DNA from: a virus
Taxonomy: Duplodnaviria; Caudoviricetes
Length of the DNA stretch: 63,440 nucleotides
IMG/VR virus record: IMGVR_UViG_3300025133_007312
Span: 1-63,440 of that record
Reading direction: 5' to 3' (one strand)
The notes below the pieces were generated by a model. It searched no databases. It saw only the letters and a list, made by a program, of their open reading frames with translations, and was not told the DNA's origin. Positions 59,500 through 63,440 of this stretch are shown one piece after another (within the stretch, counting starts at the first letter, position 1; the number at the start of each line of letters is the position of its first letter). The translations under genes and the position numbers were made by a program.

Positions 59500-60111
59500 T
59501 TATAGTGAGACGCCGAGTCCAAGACCCAAAACGTGTGCCGTAGATGACAAATCGCTACCTGTCGAATCAAGCATATAAAATGCTGTCACACTCATTGTAT
59601 CGTTCACACCCTTGGTGATACCAATGGACGCACGGTTGCCCGTAATACCATCGGCGTTTGCGCGAAGTTCGTCCGAAACGCCTAAAGTAATACCTCTTAT
59701 TTGAGTGCTCATATCAAGTGCAGTGCGACCACTCAAGGTGTCAAATCCACTCAACTCAATTCGAGACGCGCTATCGATATTTAAATCACCGCTCAATAGT
59801 CGAAAAACACCCCCAACATAAGGTCGGTGCTCACCAGCACTTGTATTCCGATACCCCACAGAGACGCCCATAAGATCATTAACCTTAAAACCAAGGTTTA
59901 AATCAGTATGTTGACGTGCCAACGTTGGACCAGAAATGTCACTAAAACGAAGTTCTTCTTCTACGTTTAAGGTTACATTATCTGCAACACCACCTGTAAC
60001 ATTCAAAGTAGTCCAAACGGATGTCTCCGCTGCCATCGCAGTATCCGCCCAAAGCGCGATACCAATTGCGGCGAATCCAAACGCCAGTATTTTTTTCATT
60101 TTGTTAGTCAT
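59500..60111 (-). CDS. outer-membrane beta-barrel protein (DUF2490-like)
   Basis: Signal peptide ending AMA; alternating amphipathic strands; EEELRF; terminal strand HVLGLGLGVSL; AAGGAG SD. Confidence 0.7.
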   Translation of the reverse strand: MTNKMKKILAFGFAAIGIALWADTAMAAETSVWTTLNVTGGVADNVTLNVEEELRFSDISGPTLARQHTDLNLGFKVNDLMGVSVGYRNTSAGEHRPYVGGVFRLLSGDLNIDSASRIELSGFDTLSGRTALDMSTQIRGITLGVSDELRANADGITGNRASIGITKGVNDTMSVTAFYMLDSTGSDLSSTAHVLGLGLGVSL

Positions 60112-60144
60112 TTTATTAACTCCTTATATTTCCCTAATTGGGAA

Positions 60145-60218
60145 AGCCACAAATAGGATTCGAACCTACGACCTACGGTTTACAAAACCGTTACTCTACC
60201 GGACTGAGTTATTGTGGC
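60145..60218 (-). tRNA. tRNA-Thr(UGU)
   Basis: GCCACAA...TTGTGGC acceptor; anticodon arm ACGGT-TTTGTAA-ACCGT; GGTTCGAATCC; CCA not encoded. Confidence 0.93.
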
Positions 60219-60236
60219 ATTTGTTATTTGATTGTG

Positions 60237-60318
60237 TGCTCACAGGGGGATTCGAACCCCCACGCTGCTTAAGCAAAAGATTTTAAGTCTTCCGTGTCTA
60301 CCGTTTCACCATGCGAGC
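60237..60318 (-). tRNA. tRNA-Leu(UAA)
   Basis: GCTCGCA...TGTGAGC-A acceptor; GAAGA-CTTAAAA-TCTTT; long variable arm; GGTTCGAATCC. Confidence 0.92.
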
Positions 60319-60502
60319 AAAATTTCCCACCTTTCCCATGATCTGCATTTTTGCCAAAATAGAGCACTTCAAATTCTGAAGTTTCTGCCTTATAAGCACA
60401 ATGAAGATGAAGCAAATGTCGCATTAATAACTCCAATGGTCTTTTTTCAATCGAAATGATCGTGTTCGGTATTCCATTTTCCTTATAAATAAATTTATAC
60501 AT
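60269..60502 (-). CDS. small hypothetical protein whose 3' end overlaps tRNA-Leu
   Basis: TAATG coupling to the upstream gene with AAGGA SD; stop lies in the tRNA variable arm. Confidence 0.5.
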   Translation of the reverse strand: MYKFIYKENGIPNTIISIEKRPLELLMRHLLHLHCAYKAETSEFEVLYFGKNADHGKGGKFCSHGETVDTEDLKSFA

Positions 60503-60717
60503 TATTTTTTTTCCTTACAAAACTCACTCCTACACGGTGAATTACATCGTGTATAGCATTTTCCAAACTCATGGGAGTGATTAATGGTCCTTTGACAGAT
60601 CACTGAGCAATCTGATGTACATTTAAAAAAAGTTTCATCACAATAAAGATGAGAACTAGAAGTGCTGCATGGGTTAGGATTTACCAAAAAAAATACAACA
60701 AACGCAAGACCTCTCAC
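60502..60717 (-). CDS. small Cys-rich, possibly exported protein
   Basis: GTG start with GGAG SD; hydrophobic N-terminus; two CxxxCxxxC clusters. Confidence 0.6.
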   Translation of the reverse strand: MRGLAFVVFFLVNPNPCSTSSSHLYCDETFFKCTSDCSVICQRTINHSHEFGKCYTRCNSPCRSEFCKEKK

Positions 60718-60741
60718 TTTTTATCTCCATCTCATTTTTAG

Positions 60742-60770
60742 ATCATATCACCCTAAATGGTGCCTGTCAA
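60742..60770 (-). promoter_or_regulatory. sigma70-type promoter for the small ORFs and tRNAs
   Basis: TTGACA-17 nt-TATGAT with TGn. Confidence 0.75.
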
Positions 60771-60776
60771 CATAAA

Positions 60777-60902
60777 TCAACTTAACTTTCGCTGTATTAA
60801 ATTTTTTATTTTCTTATAAAAATCAATTAAACGTACAGATACAAAAACAAACGAAGCGACCGGGATTATAAAAATATAAATAATTATTTCCCTTAACCTC
60901 AT
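60777..60902 (-). CDS. 41-aa single-pass membrane peptide (below the ORF-track cutoff)
   Basis: Translated by hand: MRLREIIIYIFIIPVASFVFVSVRLIDFYKKIKNLIQRKLS; fills the gap after aceA. Confidence 0.45.
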   Translation of the reverse strand: MRLREIIIYIFIIPVASFVFVSVRLIDFYKKIKNLIQRKLS

Positions 60903-60913
60903 CTTATTAATTA

Positions 60914-62158
60914 TTAAAATTGTTCTTCTTCAGTAGAATTTTTTAATGCAAGTGTGGAAGACTCTCCGTCAGAAATAACTTGAGAAATTTTGTCAAAATA
61001 TCCAGTTCCCACTTCACGTTGATGCTTGACTGCTGTAAATCCGTGAATCACTTCATCAAATTCATTTTGCTGTAATTCGGAATAAGCAGACATGCCTCGC
61101 TCAGAGTATTCCTTAGCGAGAGTAAACATGCTATGGTTAAGGGCATGAAAACCAGCAAGAGTCACAAACTGAAACTTGTATCCCATTGACTCCAACTCCT
61201 TTTGAAATTTAGCAATTGTTTCCTTATCTAAATGTTTTTCCCAATTAAATGAGGGAGAGCAATTATATGCTAATAATTTATTGGGATACTTTTCATGAAT
61301 GGCATCTGCAAATTTTTGTGCTTCCTCTAGCGATGGAGTAGAAGTTTCTAACCAGAGAAGATCGGCGAAAGGCGCGTAAGATAGACCTCTCGAAATGCCC
61401 ATCTCAATTCCGCCTGTAATTTTATAAAAACCCTCTGGGGTCCTTTCGCCTGTAATAAATGGGTGATCCCTCTCGTCTATATCGGAAGTTATGAGTTTTG
61501 CTGAATTAGCATCTGTTCTGGCAATTATGATAGTGGGTGTGTCGCATACGTCGGCAGCAAGTCTTGCCGCAGTCAATGTTTTAATAAATTGTTTGGTGGG
61601 AACAAGGACTTTGCCGCCCATGTGCCCACACTTCTTTTCTGCCGCCAATTGGTCTTCAAAATGAACACCCGCAGCACCCGCTTCGATCATAGACTTCATG
61701 AGTTCATATGCGTTCAGCGGACCACCAAATCCAGCTTCAGCATCGGCAATAATCGGTGCGAAATAATCATGTTCAGGTTGACCTACAATACCGCCCTCAA
61801 CACACTCAAGTTGATCTGCTCGCTGGAATGCTTTATTTATTTTTCTTACAACAGCAGGGACGCTATTGACGGGATATAAACTTTGATCGGGGTACATATC
61901 CCCTGCTAGATTTGCGTCTGCTGCGACTTGCCATCCACTTAAATAAATCGCTTTGAGTCCCGCCTTTACTTGTTGAACTGCTTGATTGCCAGTTAAGGCA
62001 CCTAGGCACCGAACGGCATCTTCCTCATGTAACATTTCCCATAATTTCTTTGCCCCATCAGTTGCAAGCGTATATTCAATCTTTTTACTTCCACGAAGAT
62101 TCAATACTTCTTCTTTAATATATGTTCGTTCAATTCCATCCCATCTATATGGTGACAT
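60914..62158 (-). CDS. aceA: isocitrate lyase
   Basis: [12 protein letters not shown]; YPDQSLYP; DAEAGFGG; catalytic KKCGHMGGK; [10 protein letters not shown]; [11 protein letters not shown]. Confidence 0.97.
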   Translation of the reverse strand: MSPYRWDGIERTYIKEEVLNLRGSKKIEYTLATDGAKKLWEMLHEEDAVRCLGALTGNQAVQQVKAGLKAIYLSGWQVAADANLAGDMYPDQSLYPVNSVPAVVRKINKAFQRADQLECVEGGIVGQPEHDYFAPIIADAEAGFGGPLNAYELMKSMIEAGAAGVHFEDQLAAEKKCGHMGGKVLVPTKQFIKTLTAARLAADVCDTPTIIIARTDANSAKLITSDIDERDHPFITGERTPEGFYKITGGIEMGISRGLSYAPFADLLWLETSTPSLEEAQKFADAIHEKYPNKLLAYNCSPSFNWEKHLDKETIAKFQKELESMGYKFQFVTLAGFHALNHSMFTLAKEYSERGMSAYSELQQNEFDEVIHGFTAVKHQREVGTGYFDKISQVISDGESSTLALKNSTEEEQF

Positions 62159-62175
62159 ATTTCTTACTCCTTCCT

Positions 62176-63440
62176 TTATTCAATTATTTCGTAACACTCT
62201 AGTGTTAAAAAATCTTTTAAATTATCTGACATGCACATATCTTTTATCAAGTTAAATATAGTTTCAAAATTTTTATTTTTTTCATATTTTCTGGATTCTT
62301 CTCTCAACACTTGATTAAAATATGTTTTATTCATAACAACGCGATTACTTAAAACAATCTCATGTTTTATCCACTGCCAAATTTGGGCACGACTTATTTC
62401 TGCCGTTGCTGCATCTTCCATTAAATAATTAATTGGTACGCACCCATTTCCCTTAATCCACGAACTGATATAGAGAAATATGATATTAATATTTTCACGC
62501 AACATTTGCTCGGTGCAATCACCAATCGGGGGAATAATCAAATCACTTATAGTAATATCTCGGTTTAATGATGACTTGGTGCCTATTTGGTTAAGGGCGG
62601 GCATGTGTTCATCAAAAATGGATTTAGCAATATGTACCAAAAAAGGATGAGCGACCCATGTTCCATCATGTCCAGATTGTACCTCCCTGAGTTTACCTGC
62701 TTTTACTTTTCTCATCGCAATATCATTTGCTTCGGGGTCGTTTCCAATAGGTATCTGTGCTGCCATGCCCCCTATCGCATGAACCCCGCGCCGATGGCAA
62801 GTCTTTATAAGTAATTGAGAGTAGGATTTCATAAAATGAGAACCCATATCCACCGTGGAACGATCCGGTAACACATAATTTTTATCATGTTGGAAGGTTT
62901 TTATAAAACTAAAGATATAATCCCATCGACCACAATTTAGACCGGCAGAATGCTCTCGCAACTCGTATAAAATTTCATCCATTTGAAGAACCGCAGGAAA
63001 TGTTTCAATTAAAACAGTCGCCTTTATAGTTCCGGGGGGAATTTCTACATATTTTTCTGCAAAATTAAAAATTTCCGCCCACAACCTTGCTTCCCTGGAG
63101 TGTTCTAGTTTAGGGAGATAAAAATAAGGTCTTGTTCCATTTTTCAAAAGTTCTTTATAGTTATGAAAGAAGTATAGACCAAAATCAAAAAGACATGCGC
63201 GAATACGATCACCACCAACCAGATAATTCTTTTCTTCTAGATGAAGACCTCTTGGTCGGACAAATAGAACGGCAGTATCACTTTCCAATGTATACTTTTT
63301 CTTTTGGTTTGTACATGTTATGGTTTTTCTTACCGCGTCATAAAGATTAATTTGTCCATTAATGCAATTATCCCACGTAGGGGAATTAGAATCTTCAAAA
63401 TCGCACATATAAACATTTGCACCTGAATTAAGGGCGTTTA
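62176..63440 (-). CDS. aceB: malate synthase A (5' end outside the window)
   Basis: Frame open to the edge ([17 protein letters not shown]); RPRG; YLPKLE; [12 protein letters not shown]; GGMAAQIP; [12 protein letters not shown]. Confidence 0.96.
   Translation of the reverse strand, partial: NALNSGANVYMCDFEDSNSPTWDNCINGQINLYDAVRKTITCTNQKKKYTLESDTAVLFVRPRGLHLEEKNYLVGGDRIRACLFDFGLYFFHNYKELLKNGTRPYFYLPKLEHSREARLWAEIFNFAEKYVEIPPGTIKATVLIETFPAVLQMDEILYELREHSAGLNCGRWDYIFSFIKTFQHDKNYVLPDRSTVDMGSHFMKSYSQLLIKTCHRRGVHAIGGMAAQIPIGNDPEANDIAMRKVKAGKLREVQSGHDGTWVAHPFLVHIAKSIFDEHMPALNQIGTKSSLNRDITISDLIIPPIGDCTEQMLRENINIIFLYISSWIKGNGCVPINYLMEDAATAEISRAQIWQWIKHEIVLSNRVVMNKTYFNQVLREESRKYEKNKNFETIFNLIKDMCMSDNLKDFLTLECYEIIE

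Noticed and set aside
60145-60318. tRNAs as a prophage attachment site
   Set aside because: No integrase or duplicated tRNA 3' end seen in the window; not supported here, though not excluded without flanking sequence
1-63440. Alternative genetic code (stop-codon reassignment as in some large phages)
   Set aside because: Genes are full length and tightly packed under code 11, and TAA, TAG and TGA all end genes at sensible positions

Overview
The window looks like about 63 kb of a large (jumbo-type), AT-rich myovirus genome read in the standard genetic code, with almost all genes on the minus strand. No capsid, terminase, integrase or CRISPR array is visible. (1) 1-29 kb: contractile-tail/baseplate module, including a 3166-aa LamG-containing protein, gp6/J-like and gp25-like wedge proteins, a 2766-aa protein, an HxH spike-like protein and an M15 peptidase, followed by a gp55-like sigma factor. 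(2) 30-40 kb: nucleotide-sugar and glycosyltransferase cluster. (3) 40-52 kb: accessory region with a Cas4-like nuclease, PIN-PhoH, three zincins, a serine protease, a J-domain protein, a reduced 249-nt tmRNA, a candidate sRNA and probable head-internal proteins. (4) 52-59 kb: sulfation module (CysC, sulfotransferase, HIGH-type nucleotidyltransferase, HAD) beside more glycosyltransferases. (5) 59-63 kb: HNH nuclease, outer-membrane beta-barrel, tRNA-Thr, tRNA-Leu and both glyoxylate-shunt genes (aceB runs off the window edge; aceA is complete). The most notable hypotheses are a phage-encoded sulfated-glycan pathway that may decorate [S/T]GS-rich virion proteins, a phage-borne aceBA pair, and a minimal tmRNA. 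All family calls come from motifs recognised by eye; no searches were run.
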